Source: Escherichia coli
GTDB lineage: Bacteria; Pseudomonadota; Gammaproteobacteria; Enterobacterales; Enterobacteriaceae
DNA length: 64,000 bases
Reading direction: 5' to 3' (one strand)
Assembly: GCF_013315695.1 (NCBI RefSeq)
Contig: NZ_CP054353.1
A program made the translations under genes and the position numbers. Shown here one piece after another: positions 23,827 through 36,103 of this stretch (positions are counted from its first letter, which is position 1; every line of letters begins with the position of its first letter). Below the pieces are notes generated by a model. That model did no database searches, was not told where the DNA came from, and saw only the letters and a list, made by a program, of their open reading frames with translations.

Positions 23827-24078
23827 TTATTTACGGTTTTTGTTGGATTGAGCCAGCACGGAAGCAGCAAGCTGCTTGGTTAAAGTACTGGAACGTGGAT
23901 TATCCAGCGCCGCAGATGCTTTATGTTCCATTGCACCACTTGTCTGATTTGAGGAACCTTTTTGAGAGAGAGCTGAACCAGCAAGGCTCTTCTGAATTGC
24001 AGATGCGTTGGGGTTGTTTAGGGTTTGTGCTGCGACTGATGCGACTTTACTTGATGTTTGCTTTGAATTGTTAGCCAT
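23827..24078 (-). CDS. small S/A/Q/N-rich protein with internal repeats
   Basis: ORF with repeated KxxASxxAQ-like segments; start set at MANNSK. Confidence 0.35.
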   Translation of the reverse strand: MANNSKQTSSKVASVAAQTLNNPNASAIQKSLAGSALSQKGSSNQTSGAMEHKASAALDNPRSSTLTKQLAASVLAQSNKNRK

Positions 24079-24309
24079 TCTCAACACCTATTCAAGAAGT
24101 GAATTATTGAACATCTTGTATTTAAATCAAGAATGAATACAAGATGTAGTGTTAATGATAATCCTCACCGCTTCGCTGTGCAACGATGAAAAATCTCTTT
24201 ACTGGATAAAACTACAGTTTTAAAAATGTGCGGTATTTCTGCTTTCAAATTGGCTTAATGTGCATACATTTAGATGATACCACTGCGTTTTCTGATCGTT
24301 ATTCGTTCA

Positions 24310-25593
24310 CTATTTATCAGTTTTCTCACGTTGGGGCTCCGTCTCTATCTCTGGGTAACGTAATAGCTCGATGTATGGCTGTAGTTCAATCGGAGATGCT
24401 GCATTCTTGCTGTACGTCTTGAAACTTTCTGTAGAGCCGCGCTCATGACCCAAGAGAAGTGCGATCCGGTCTTCTGTAACTGGTTTTAACTTACCTCGTC
24501 CAACCCCCCCACGATCCAGAATCTGCGCCACTGCATGGCGTAGACTGTGAAAAACTTTCAACTCTGATCCTACTTCCCCCAATGCCTTACGTTTAGCCCT
24601 CGTAAAACGCTGTGAATGCCACGTAGAGCGCTTTCCATCTGCGCGGTCAGCTATCGACGCACGATAGAATAAAAAGCCGTTATGGGGCTTCTCACGCAGC
24701 GACAAAACCAACGGAGTGATCAGGCTATGCACCGGAATAATACGGGCTGCTGATTTGGTCTTCCCCTCCGTCACTTCGAAACATAACACCCCTTCAATCT
24801 CTCGGATGTTGGCTGCACGTAATGAACAAATTTCATTCAGGCGCATACCGCTATACATCCCGATCAGCGTTACATTTTGCATCTCTTCATCATTCGCCAT
24901 CACAGCGAACACCTTCGCCAATTCTCCAGGCTCAAATACTTCATAACTCACCTTGCTACTTTTGGCCTCCAGCGCATGACCGCGCCAGATGTTTTCTTGC
25001 GGTGCATCGTGGTAGCGATTACGGGCCAGATCCCAGATTTGAGCCAGTGCGCTGACATAGTTTTGTATGGTCTGTGGTGCTTTCTCCGTCTTGAGCTGAT
25101 CAAGCCAGCCTGTAACGGTGGTTCGGTTAACGTCACGAAGCTGAACATCACGCTTTTTCAGATGTTCTAAGAGCACTTCAACAGCCTTGTTTGTCTTCGA
25201 TAGCGTAGTGAGTTTGCGCTTCTCGCTGAACTGCAATAGATAAAGATCACGCATTTTCAGGAGGGATGGCACTCCTTGGGATTGGGTATTGCTCATGACA
25301 TGCTGAACAGGTGTTTCATGAACTCGGGCGCTAACTCTGCGTAGCTCTGCAATTGCCTGCTCAATCTTACTCCCTTCTCTTGGTTTGACCTGTTCCCGTA
25401 AACGTATCCATTCAACAGCGATAGCATCTCTGAACAATCGCGCCTGACGTATGTCACTTGTGCCAGTGCTCTTGACGAAGTAGCGCTTGTTGCCAAAAAG
25501 CGAGCGCATGTAAGCTGGAACGGTAATCCTTACCAGATAGTTTCCGCATGGATCTAAAACTAAGTAACGATCTCTCTTGAAACTCATGTTCAC
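24310..25593 (-). CDS. tyrosine-type site-specific integrase
   Basis: C-terminal catalytic region with HSLRH and LLGH motifs; adjacent to the distal direct repeat. Confidence 0.88.
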   Translation of the reverse strand: MNMSFKRDRYLVLDPCGNYLVRITVPAYMRSLFGNKRYFVKSTGTSDIRQARLFRDAIAVEWIRLREQVKPREGSKIEQAIAELRRVSARVHETPVQHVMSNTQSQGVPSLLKMRDLYLLQFSEKRKLTTLSKTNKAVEVLLEHLKKRDVQLRDVNRTTVTGWLDQLKTEKAPQTIQNYVSALAQIWDLARNRYHDAPQENIWRGHALEAKSSKVSYEVFEPGELAKVFAVMANDEEMQNVTLIGMYSGMRLNEICSLRAANIREIEGVLCFEVTEGKTKSAARIIPVHSLITPLVLSLREKPHNGFLFYRASIADRADGKRSTWHSQRFTRAKRKALGEVGSELKVFHSLRHAVAQILDRGGVGRGKLKPVTEDRIALLLGHERGSTESFKTYSKNAASPIELQPYIELLRYPEIETEPQREKTDK

Positions 25594-25707
25594 CCCGGCT
25601 ATTTTGTAAGGGCTTTTACATGGGGAAGTTTCCTGTGTAGATTGTTGGAGCGGCGAATTATTAGCAGTTGATTCAATAGCTTAGATCAGCTTGCTGGACA
25701 AGCGAAC

Positions 25708-25752
25708 ACCGTAGAAATACGTGCCGGTTCGAGCCCGGCCTTCGGCACCATC
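25708..25752 (+). repeat. Direct repeat copy 2 (partial leuX 3-prime end)
   Basis: accgtagaaatacgtgccggttcgagcccggccttcggcaccatc matches tRNA 3-prime end 15313-15357 with one mismatch. Confidence 0.8.
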
Positions 25753-25948
25753 GGAACATCAATAGACGTCAACGGACGTCTTTTTTTGTGCCTAAAATCC
25801 AGTATCCGCAAGGCTTTCCTCGCTTTTTCACTCAACCTAAGTCAACCTGATTCAATCTACATCAACTTACTGATGCGGGTACAACTGCGGGTATTTCCCG
25901 GTTCGATAATGTTTGTACCCACACAGAACCCTTGAAAGGATACTCATC

Positions 25949-27126
25949 ATGGCTCTGAGTGATGTGAAGGTTCGTTCGGCTAAGCCTGAAGCAAAAGCCT
26001 ATAAGCTGACCGACGGTGAAGGCATGGTTTTGCTGGTTCACCCTAACGGCTCCAAATACTGGCGGCTACGTTATCGCTTTGGCGGTAAAGAGAAGATGCT
26101 GGCATTGGGGAAATACCCCGAAGTGTCGTTGGCGGATGCCAGGGCACGCCGGGATGAGGCTCGTAAGCTTTTAGCTAATGGTGTCGATCCCAGTGAAAAC
26201 AAGAAAGCTGTTAAGGTAGAATAGGAACAAGAGGCGATAACGTTTGAAGTAGTCGCCAGAGACTGGCACGCCAGCAATCAGAAGTGGTCGGCATCGCATA
26301 GCGCTCGTGTTTTGAAAAGTCTGGAGGATAATCTCTTTACTGCTATCGGTAAGCGGAACATTGCGGAACTGAAGACGCGGGATCTTCTTGTACCCATTAA
26401 AGCAGTCGAGTCATCCGGGCGGCTCGAAGTTGCCGCCCGTTTACAGCAGCGTACTACCGCGATTATGCGCTTTGCCGTTCAGAGCGGCTTAATCGACTAC
26501 AACCCCGCGCAAGAGATTGCAGGTGCGGTTGCTACGGCGAAAAGACAGCACCGTGCAGCTCTTGAACTGAACCGTATACCTGAATTACTTCATCGCATAG
26601 ATCACTATTCTGGCAGACCGTTAACTCGACTGGCGGTTGAACTCACTTTATTGGTTTTCATCCGTTCGAGCGAGCTGCATTTTGCCCGCTGGTCAGAAGT
26701 AGATTTTGAAACGGCTATGTGGACAATCCCAGGTGAGCGTGAGCAACTGGAAGGAGTCAAGCATTCTCAGCGTGGCTCGAAGATGCGGACACCACACCTT
26801 GTACCTTTGTCGCGGCAGGCCCTAAGTATTTTGGAAAAGATCAAAAGCATGAGCGGAAATTGAGAGCTGATTTTTGTGGGCGATCACGATCCACGTAAGC
26901 CGATGAGTGAGAATACGGTGAACAAGGCTTTGCGCGTAATGGGGTATGACACGAAGGTCGAGGTTTGTGGGCATGGCTTCAGGACGATGGCTTGTAGTTC
27001 GTTGATTGAGTCGGGATTATGGTCGAGGGATGCGGTAGAGCGGCAGATGAGTCACCAGGAGCGTAGCTCTGTGCGAGCCGCTTACATCCATAAGGCGGAA
27101 CATCTTGGGGAGCGTAGGTTGATGTT
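25949..27126 (+). pseudogene. intB: P4-type integrase, fragmented and truncated by IS911
   Basis: N-terminus MALSDVKVRSAKPEAKAYKLTDGEG; reading frame broken into three ORFs; 3-prime end replaced by IS911 left end. Confidence 0.8.
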
Positions 27127-27198
27127 TGAAGTGGCACACTGAATTTGGCCACCTGAACAGAGGTGATATGCTCACCTCAGAACAACACAGGTGCTCCA

Positions 27199-28364
<1,166 letters not shown>

Positions 28365-30109
28365 CCACTTCAAACGGACTGGGAGAACAGGTACAACATG
28401 TGCTGAATGATAATCCCTTCTCCGGTCACCTGTTTATCTTCCGTGGCCGACGGGGTGACACCGTCAAAATTCTTTGGGCTGATGCTGATGGTCTGTGCCT
28501 GTTCACCAAACGCCTGGAGGAAGGCCAGTTTATCTGGCCTGCGGTACGTGACGGCAAGGTATCCATTACCCGCTCGCAACTGGCAATGCTCCTCGATAAG
28601 CTGGACTGGCGTCAGCCAAAAACATCCAGCCGTAACTCACTGACAATGTTGTAAAAAACTCCTGACCGCATTATAAAAACGGTCATGAGTCAGAAATACC
28701 TCATTCGCATCGCAGAGCTGGAAAGGTTGCTCTCTGAGCAGGCTGAAGCCCTCCGTCAGAAAGACCAGCAACTGAGTCTGGTTGAAGAGACGGAAGCCTT
28801 CCTGCGCTCTGCACTGACACGTGCCGAAGAAAAGATCGAAGAAGATGAACGGGAAATAGAACATCTGCGGGCTCAGATAGAAAAACTGCGCCGGATGCTG
28901 TTCGGTACCCGTTCTGAAAAACTGCGTCGTGAAGTTGATCTGGCTGAGGCTCTGCTGAAACAACGTGAACAGGACAGCGATCGTTACAGTGGGCGGGAAG
29001 ACGATCCTCAGGTTCCCCGCCAGTTGCGACAGTCGCGCCATCGTCGTCCGTTACCGGCACACCTTCCCCGTGAAATACACCGCCTGGAGCCAGAAGAAAG
29101 CTGTTGCCCGGAGTGTGGCGGTGAGCTGGATTATCTGGGGGAAGTCAGCGCTGAACAGCTGGAACTGGTGAGCAGTGCCCTGAAAGTGATCCGCACAGAA
29201 CGGGTAAAAAAAGCCTGTACAAAATGTGACTGTATTGTTGAAGCACCGGCGCCGTCCCGCCCGATAGAGCGTGGTATCGCGGGCCCCGGATTACTTGCCC
29301 GCGTGTTAACGGGAAAATACTGCGAACATCTGCCACTGTATCGTCAGAGTGAAATCTTTGCCCGCCAGGGTGTCGAACTGAGCCGGGCCTTACTCTCCAA
29401 CTGGGTTGACGCGTGCTGCCAGTTAATGACACCGGTGAATGATGCCCTGTACCGTTATGTAATGAACACCCGCAAGGTTCACACTGATGACACACCGGTA
29501 AAGGTACTGGCACCGGGTCAGAAAAAGGCGAAAACAGGGCGTATCTGGACGTATGTCCGGGATGATCGCAATGTGGGTTCGTCATCTCCTCCAGCGGTCT
29601 GGTTCGCGTACTCGCCGAACCGGCAGGGGAAACACCCGGAGCAACACCTCCGCCCCTTCCGGGGTATCCTGCAGGCGGATGCGTTCACAGGTTACGACAG
29701 GTTGTTCAGTGCAGAACGTGAAGGTGGTGCACTGACAGAAGTTGCGTGCTGGGCCCATGCCCGGCGAAAAATCCACGATGTATACATCAGCAGCAAAAGT
29801 GCGACGGCAGAAGAAGCCCTGAAGCGAATCAGTGAACTGTACGCCATCGAGGATGAAATACGGGGATTACCGGAGTCAGAGCGTCTTGCCGTCAGGCAGC
29901 AGCGAAGCAAAGTGTTACTGACGTCGCTGCATGAATGGATGGTGGAGAAGAATGGTACGCTGTCGAAAAAATCCAGACTGGGCGAAGCGTTCAGCTATGT
30001 ACTGAATCAGTGGGATGCCCTCTGTTATTACAGTGATGACGGTCTGGCGGAGGCGGATAATAATGCTGCGGAAAGAGCGCTTCGTGCAGTCTGTCTCGGA
30101 AAGAAAAAC

Positions 30110-31560
30110 TCTTATGACCTTTGTCAAATATTAAGCCCAAAAAGACCTACGCAGCTCCGGGAGCTTCGTTATATCGCGGATTAAAGAACCTGAAACAGTC
30201 AGACTGTATCTTGGATTTTACAAACTCTTATTCGGGGATTTTAGCCCCATGACGATTTACGCAGTGAGCTGGCCTCTTTCTATATGCAGGTATTGGCGCA
30301 TTCTGACCTCCTGAATTCTTTTACGAGGATCACTCATTCCGTGTCTGACTGCTTCAGGGTTTAATTTTGCTTCTGCTGACTGAATGATGATTGGGCAGCA
30401 AGTGCAATATCCCACATAAATCCAGTCAACTCACGAGCCACCGCCGTAATGGCTACTTGTGATTTTTTCCCTTTTGCTGTCAGACTTCGGTAACGAGAAC
30501 ACAATCGTTGTTGAGCTTTCCATGCAATATCTTTGGAATATTGTGTTACAGAATCCGGTCGGTAATATATAAGCCATGCACCAACTTTTGCAGGTGTACG
30601 ATAAGACCAGGCGGCTTCGTAAAGCAGACGTCTCAGTTCGCTGTTTCCAACTTTTGTTATTCCTCTGGGACGAATACTGTTTCCACTGGAATATTCACCT
30701 GGCACCAGTCCCAGAAAAGCCATGAGCTGTTTGGGACTGGAAAATCGCGAAAAATCACCCAGTTCAGCAACCAGGGTTATTGCAATTAGCTGACCAACAC
30801 CTTTTAGAGCCTGCAACTGGCAGACCAGATTGCACAGAGACCACTCAGGTAACAGGCGAGATATTTCCTGGTCGAGTTGAAGTATGCGATCTTCAATCTG
30901 CTCCAGACTTTGACAATAGTGTTGAAAAGCAATCTGCTGAGATGGCTGACTAAATGATTGATTAGCTAACCAGGTTCGATGTTTGCCGGTCCAGTGCTTC
31001 CCTGCATAACGTTTGTCTGTTCGCAATAGCATGCTCAGAATTCGCTGTCGGGCAACTCTGCTGTCTCGTTTAGCTGCTGCACGGGCTCTGATTAGATCCC
31101 GCATAGCTTCATGAGTCAGGTCAGGGATCCAGACAGGGGTAAGTTCACCAGCCCGCAGTAACCTGGCAAGAGAAATTGCGTCCCGATGATCATTTTTGAT
31201 TCTGTCTGTCGGTGATTTTGGTATCCGGGAAGGGGCAATAACCTGGCATTTTATATTCATCGCTGTGAGTTGATGATATAGCCCAAAACCACAGGGGCCA
31301 GCCTCATAGCAGGAAAGAATGTTTCCGTAAAGTCCCTGCAATTTCTGAAATAATCGACGTACAGCCTGGGCTTCGTTGTTAATCGTACCATAATAACGAA
31401 CTTCGCCAAGCCGTTCAGGTGCAGCAATAGCAACCGCCAACGTTTCTTTATGTACATCCAGCCCGATGTAAGCTGCAATATTTTCCGAATGCATAATGAC
31501 CTCCTCTGGAATATCCCACCAATGCTATAGTGAGTATATAAAGGTCATACCATCTTTATG
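30110..31560 (-). mobile_element. IS110-family insertion sequence nested in IS66 tnpC
   Basis: Boundaries from the break in the IS66 TnpC reading frame; encodes a DEDD-type transposase; 251-bp non-coding region 3-prime of the transposase. Confidence 0.7.
30361..31494 (-). CDS. IS110-family DEDD transposase/recombinase
   Basis: N-terminal YIGLDVHK RuvC-like motif typical of the IS110 family; 377 aa. Confidence 0.8.
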   Translation of the reverse strand: MHSENIAAYIGLDVHKETLAVAIAAPERLGEVRYYGTINNEAQAVRRLFQKLQGLYGNILSCYEAGPCGFGLYHQLTAMNIKCQVIAPSRIPKSPTDRIKNDHRDAISLARLLRAGELTPVWIPDLTHEAMRDLIRARAAAKRDSRVARQRILSMLLRTDKRYAGKHWTGKHRTWLANQSFSQPSQQIAFQHYCQSLEQIEDRILQLDQEISRLLPEWSLCNLVCQLQALKGVGQLIAITLVAELGDFSRFSSPKQLMAFLGLVPGEYSSGNSIRPRGITKVGNSELRRLLYEAAWSYRTPAKVGAWLIYYRPDSVTQYSKDIAWKAQQRLCSRYRSLTAKGKKSQVAITAVARELTGFMWDIALAAQSSFSQQKQN

Positions 31561-31726
31561 TTCTTTGGCAGCGATCACGGCGGCGAGCGTGGAGCACTGT
31601 TGTACGGGCTGATCGGCACCTGCCGTCTGAACGGTATCGATCCGGAAGCGTATCTGCGCCATATCCTGAGCGTACTGCCGGAATGGCCTTCCAACCGAGT
31701 TGATGAACTGCTGCCATGGAACGTAG

Positions 31727-32468
<742 letters not shown>

Positions 32469-32655
32469 TCAGTTTATCCCCGCAGTGGCAAAGTGTTCGC
32501 TTTTGCCGACTGGACAGTGGCAGTGCCTGTCTCTACTGCGCCATCGCTGAACAGTGCAGAATTAGCAACGTTTGCTTTTGGCACAAAGCATACGCCCATT
32601 CTCACGCGAATGCTTTGCCCTTGACTTGCCAACAACCGAATTGCTTGCTCTGCAG

Positions 32656-33948
32656 CTATGTTTTTTTATTAGAATATTCGCCACTAAATAAATTATAATA
32701 AGTTGATTTTATTAGATATCTATCAGAATCTATATGGTCAGCACGAGTTGCATGCTCTAATGTTTCAAATGCCAGGGTATGTGCGGCTTCAGCAAATATC
32801 TCAGGCCAACCTTTACTCAGCATCGACAGTCCTTTAAGGACTCTTATCTGAATCTCCCTCATACTGGCACCATCGCGCGCGACAGGTGAGAAAAAGTCTT
32901 CCAGTAGATCGTTATTCTGAAGTGGTGCAACATGTACTGAAGGATATTTCACTTCTATTTCATCAGATTTATTCTGCGCGTAAGTGGAAAGTATACGAAC
33001 ACCTCTGCCAATGACATCAATGGCGGTTCCAGGATCGTTCACTGCAGGGGAAAGGGCCCGGCAGGCTATTTCGGCCATGACGCTAAGACAAAATCGAGGA
33101 TCCTGAGCAAATGAACGTGCATCCGAGACAATAATCGTCTCAAGTAAATCGGTGTTGATTGACGACTCCTGGCCCTGACTCAGGTACAAAACTGGCATGG
33201 ACGGATGTATGAAACTGCCTGGCTGCGCCACGAGGTATACATGACGGGGATCATTGGTCAGCAGCTTGCTAAGTTTCACCATATCAATATATTCAACATA
33301 GCCAATCTTCTTCGGATAAACTGCAACCGTTCCTTTCGGCTGTTCATTGTTCTCAAGCCATGGATATCCGCCGAGACAGGGATTTCTTGCTCTCGCAATA
33401 AATGTTTCGATGGCCGCCTGTTCTACTTGTGCCGTTGTCTCACCAACCCTCCCCAGAGAGGTCAAATGCTGTATCCAGCGAAGCAATGTGATGAGGATTA
33501 AGGCAATGACAACCAGTGTGACAATGAATAAAATGACTCTCCCCCTTTCTCCATAAGCTCCCATATTGAGGGCAATAATCCCTACCAGACTGAAGAGAAA
33601 AGAACCGATGAAGGTGGCCAGTACATTTTGTGTGGTGACGTCTTCAACAACTAAACGCGTAGCTCTGGGAGTCACATTAGTAGTGGCTGAACCGTAGGCT
33701 GTGACCATGATACTCAGCGAAAATGTGGTCACTGCCAGCATACTCGATGCCAGTATGTTCAGAATGTTATCGACTGCTTCCGCACCAACCTTCACGGAAA
33801 CCGACTCAGGTATCATTGATTTAAAAAGAATTGATAAAAGGGCCGTTATTATCGCGACAATTGCGAATAACGTTGCCCTGAACCATAGTTTTTTAATTGT
33901 CTGCTTCAGCATCCATTTCCAGCGTGAAATCATTCTGCATTCCCTCAT
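32656..33948 (-). CDS. DUF2254-like integral membrane protein
   Basis: N-terminal multi-TM region followed by large soluble domain; 430 aa. Confidence 0.55.
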   Translation of the reverse strand: MRECRMISRWKWMLKQTIKKLWFRATLFAIVAIITALLSILFKSMIPESVSVKVGAEAVDNILNILASSMLAVTTFSLSIMVTAYGSATTNVTPRATRLVVEDVTTQNVLATFIGSFLFSLVGIIALNMGAYGERGRVILFIVTLVVIALILITLLRWIQHLTSLGRVGETTAQVEQAAIETFIARARNPCLGGYPWLENNEQPKGTVAVYPKKIGYVEYIDMVKLSKLLTNDPRHVYLVAQPGSFIHPSMPVLYLSQGQESSINTDLLETIIVSDARSFAQDPRFCLSVMAEIACRALSPAVNDPGTAIDVIGRGVRILSTYAQNKSDEIEVKYPSVHVAPLQNNDLLEDFFSPVARDGASMREIQIRVLKGLSMLSKGWPEIFAEAAHTLAFETLEHATRADHIDSDRYLIKSTYYNLFSGEYSNKKT

Positions 33949-33995
33949 ATTGCGGCCGGGATAATAATTGCCGCCCCCAGGACGGCATGTTGCTA

Positions 33996-35999
33996 TTAAC
34001 GAACCAGGTGCAGGAAGTGCAGGTGTTTTTCGTACTGGTCCAGTATGTCATTAATCAGCTGTTCCTGGTTCCAGCCCATCACATCATAATTTTGACCGCC
34101 TTCTTTGAGATAAACCTCAGCGCGATAATATCGATGTTGTTCAGTCTGCTGCTCATCATTATCCATTGCGGCGAGCGCGAAGGTCGGTGAGATATACCCG
34201 CGAAGCCTCACTTCATATATAAAATTCAGCTCGTTGCCCAAATCGACTTCAAGACGAATACGATCGTCGACTGCATCACTAATGTGGCTTATCGTCCCCT
34301 GCTTGTTCAGTTCCTCCTGAACCAGCGTCATGGCAGGCTGGATAACGTCGTCCATAAAACGTTTCACAAGAGATCGCTTCGGCAGATACGCGATATTGCG
34401 TAACCTTCTCTGCCAAGGAATTGGGTTACGTGCAGCCGTAGGAGCAATTGTCGCCATGCTCAGGCTTTCACGCTTGGTCAAATCCCGGCGCAAAGCTTTT
34501 AAAAGTCCGTATATAGATATTAGTAAGATCACTGAGAAGGGCAATGCACTCGCTATTGTCACCGTTTGCAGCGCACTTAGCCCTCCGGCAAGGAGAAGCG
34601 CAATTGCAACAATGCCCATAAGCGAGGCCCAGAATATTCGCTGCCAGACGGGTGTGTTTGCCACTCCACCTGATGCCAGAGTATCCACAACCATTGCCCC
34701 CGAATCAGCAGACGTTACAAAGAAGACGATGACCATCGCCATTGCAATGAATGACAGCACAGAAGAGAACGGGAAATGCTCCAGGAAATTAAACAGGGCC
34801 AGCGCCACATCCTGCTGAACAGTATTGGCGAGGTCTGTGGCCCCCTGGTTCATAATGAGATAGATCGCGCTGTTACCAAACACCGTCATCCACATTAGCG
34901 TAAAACCCGCGGGAACAAACAGCACGCCGGTGACAAACTCGCGAATGGTTCGCCCGCGGGAGACCCGTGCGATGAACATCCCCACAAACGGCGACCATGA
35001 AAGCCACCATCCCCAGTACAGTAATGTCCAGCCCCCCAGCCAGTTGCTCGACTTGGGCTCATACGCGTAAAGGTTGAACGTTTTACTCACCAGTTCCGAA
35101 AGATAACCGCCCGTATTTTCCACAAATGACTTCAGCAGAAGCACGGTTGGTCCCAGACACAGGACCAGCGCCAGGAGCAACAAAGCCAGACCCAGATTGA
35201 GTTCAGACAGGATACGTATTCCCTTATCCAGACCGGACACCACTGAAATCGTCGCTAACCCCGTGATGACCACGATCAGAATTACCTGCACCGTTTCATT
35301 GATGGGCACCCCGAAAAGATGGTTCAAACCGGCATTCACCTGCAAAACACCGTAACCCAGTGATGTCGCAACGCCAAAGACCGTGCCTATAACAGCGAAA
35401 ATATCAACCGCATGTCCTACAGGTCCGTATATGCGATCGCCAATAATGGGATAGAGTGCGGAGCGCAGAGTTAAAGGCAGACCGTGACGGTAACTGAAGA
35501 ACGCCAGAATCAGCGCCACAATGGCATAAATTGCCCATGCGTGCAGTCCCCAGTGGAAAAAGGTCAGACGCATTGCTTCCTTAGCTGCCGCAACGGTTTC
35601 TGGAGTGCCAACGGGTGGCGAAAGATAATGCATTACAGGTTCGGCAACGCCAAAGAACATCAGGCCGATCCCCATCCCTGCCGAAAAAAGCATCGCAAAC
35701 CAGGAGTGGTAGCTGAAATCAGGCTGCGCATGGTCCGGGCCCAGCTTGATATCACCGTAGCGTGAGAGTCCAAGGAACGTGACACTCAGTAAAATCAGGG
35801 CCACAGCAAGGATGTAGAACCAGCTGGCATTCGTGAAGATTTGTTGCTGAAGTAGTTTAAAATTTTTGTCGGCGACATCCGGGAATACGGCGGCAAAGGC
35901 GACAAGAAGGAAAATTAGCAAAGCAGATGTAAAGAATACCGCTTTGTTAATCTGACTTGTAGACTTCTTTGGGATTGTATCATTTTCACTCATAATCAT
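33996..35999 (-). CDS. BCCT-family (betaine/carnitine/choline) transporter, BetT-like
   Basis: 667 aa, 12-TM core with W-rich BCCT signature segment and long C-terminal cytoplasmic extension. Confidence 0.8.
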   Translation of the reverse strand: MIMSENDTIPKKSTSQINKAVFFTSALLIFLLVAFAAVFPDVADKNFKLLQQQIFTNASWFYILAVALILLSVTFLGLSRYGDIKLGPDHAQPDFSYHSWFAMLFSAGMGIGLMFFGVAEPVMHYLSPPVGTPETVAAAKEAMRLTFFHWGLHAWAIYAIVALILAFFSYRHGLPLTLRSALYPIIGDRIYGPVGHAVDIFAVIGTVFGVATSLGYGVLQVNAGLNHLFGVPINETVQVILIVVITGLATISVVSGLDKGIRILSELNLGLALLLLALVLCLGPTVLLLKSFVENTGGYLSELVSKTFNLYAYEPKSSNWLGGWTLLYWGWWLSWSPFVGMFIARVSRGRTIREFVTGVLFVPAGFTLMWMTVFGNSAIYLIMNQGATDLANTVQQDVALALFNFLEHFPFSSVLSFIAMAMVIVFFVTSADSGAMVVDTLASGGVANTPVWQRIFWASLMGIVAIALLLAGGLSALQTVTIASALPFSVILLISIYGLLKALRRDLTKRESLSMATIAPTAARNPIPWQRRLRNIAYLPKRSLVKRFMDDVIQPAMTLVQEELNKQGTISHISDAVDDRIRLEVDLGNELNFIYEVRLRGYISPTFALAAMDNDEQQTEQHRYYRAEVYLKEGGQNYDVMGWNQEQLINDILDQYEKHLHFLHLVR

Positions 36000-36103
36000 T
36001 TATTCCATTAATTAAATTCGCACTGGATAGAAGGTACTACCTCTCACAAAGTAGCAAAGTTCAACTGGCTATGCGGCGTTAATCGTAATGCATGGTGGAA
36101 TGT

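Larger units (their letters stand above)
15356..25752. mobile_element. Integrative genomic island at leuX (about 10.4 kb) bounded by 45-bp direct repeats, integrase at distal end
   Basis: Flanking direct repeats of the tRNA 3-prime end; tyrosine integrase 24310-25593; R-M and accessory cargo; AT-rich segments. Confidence 0.7.
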
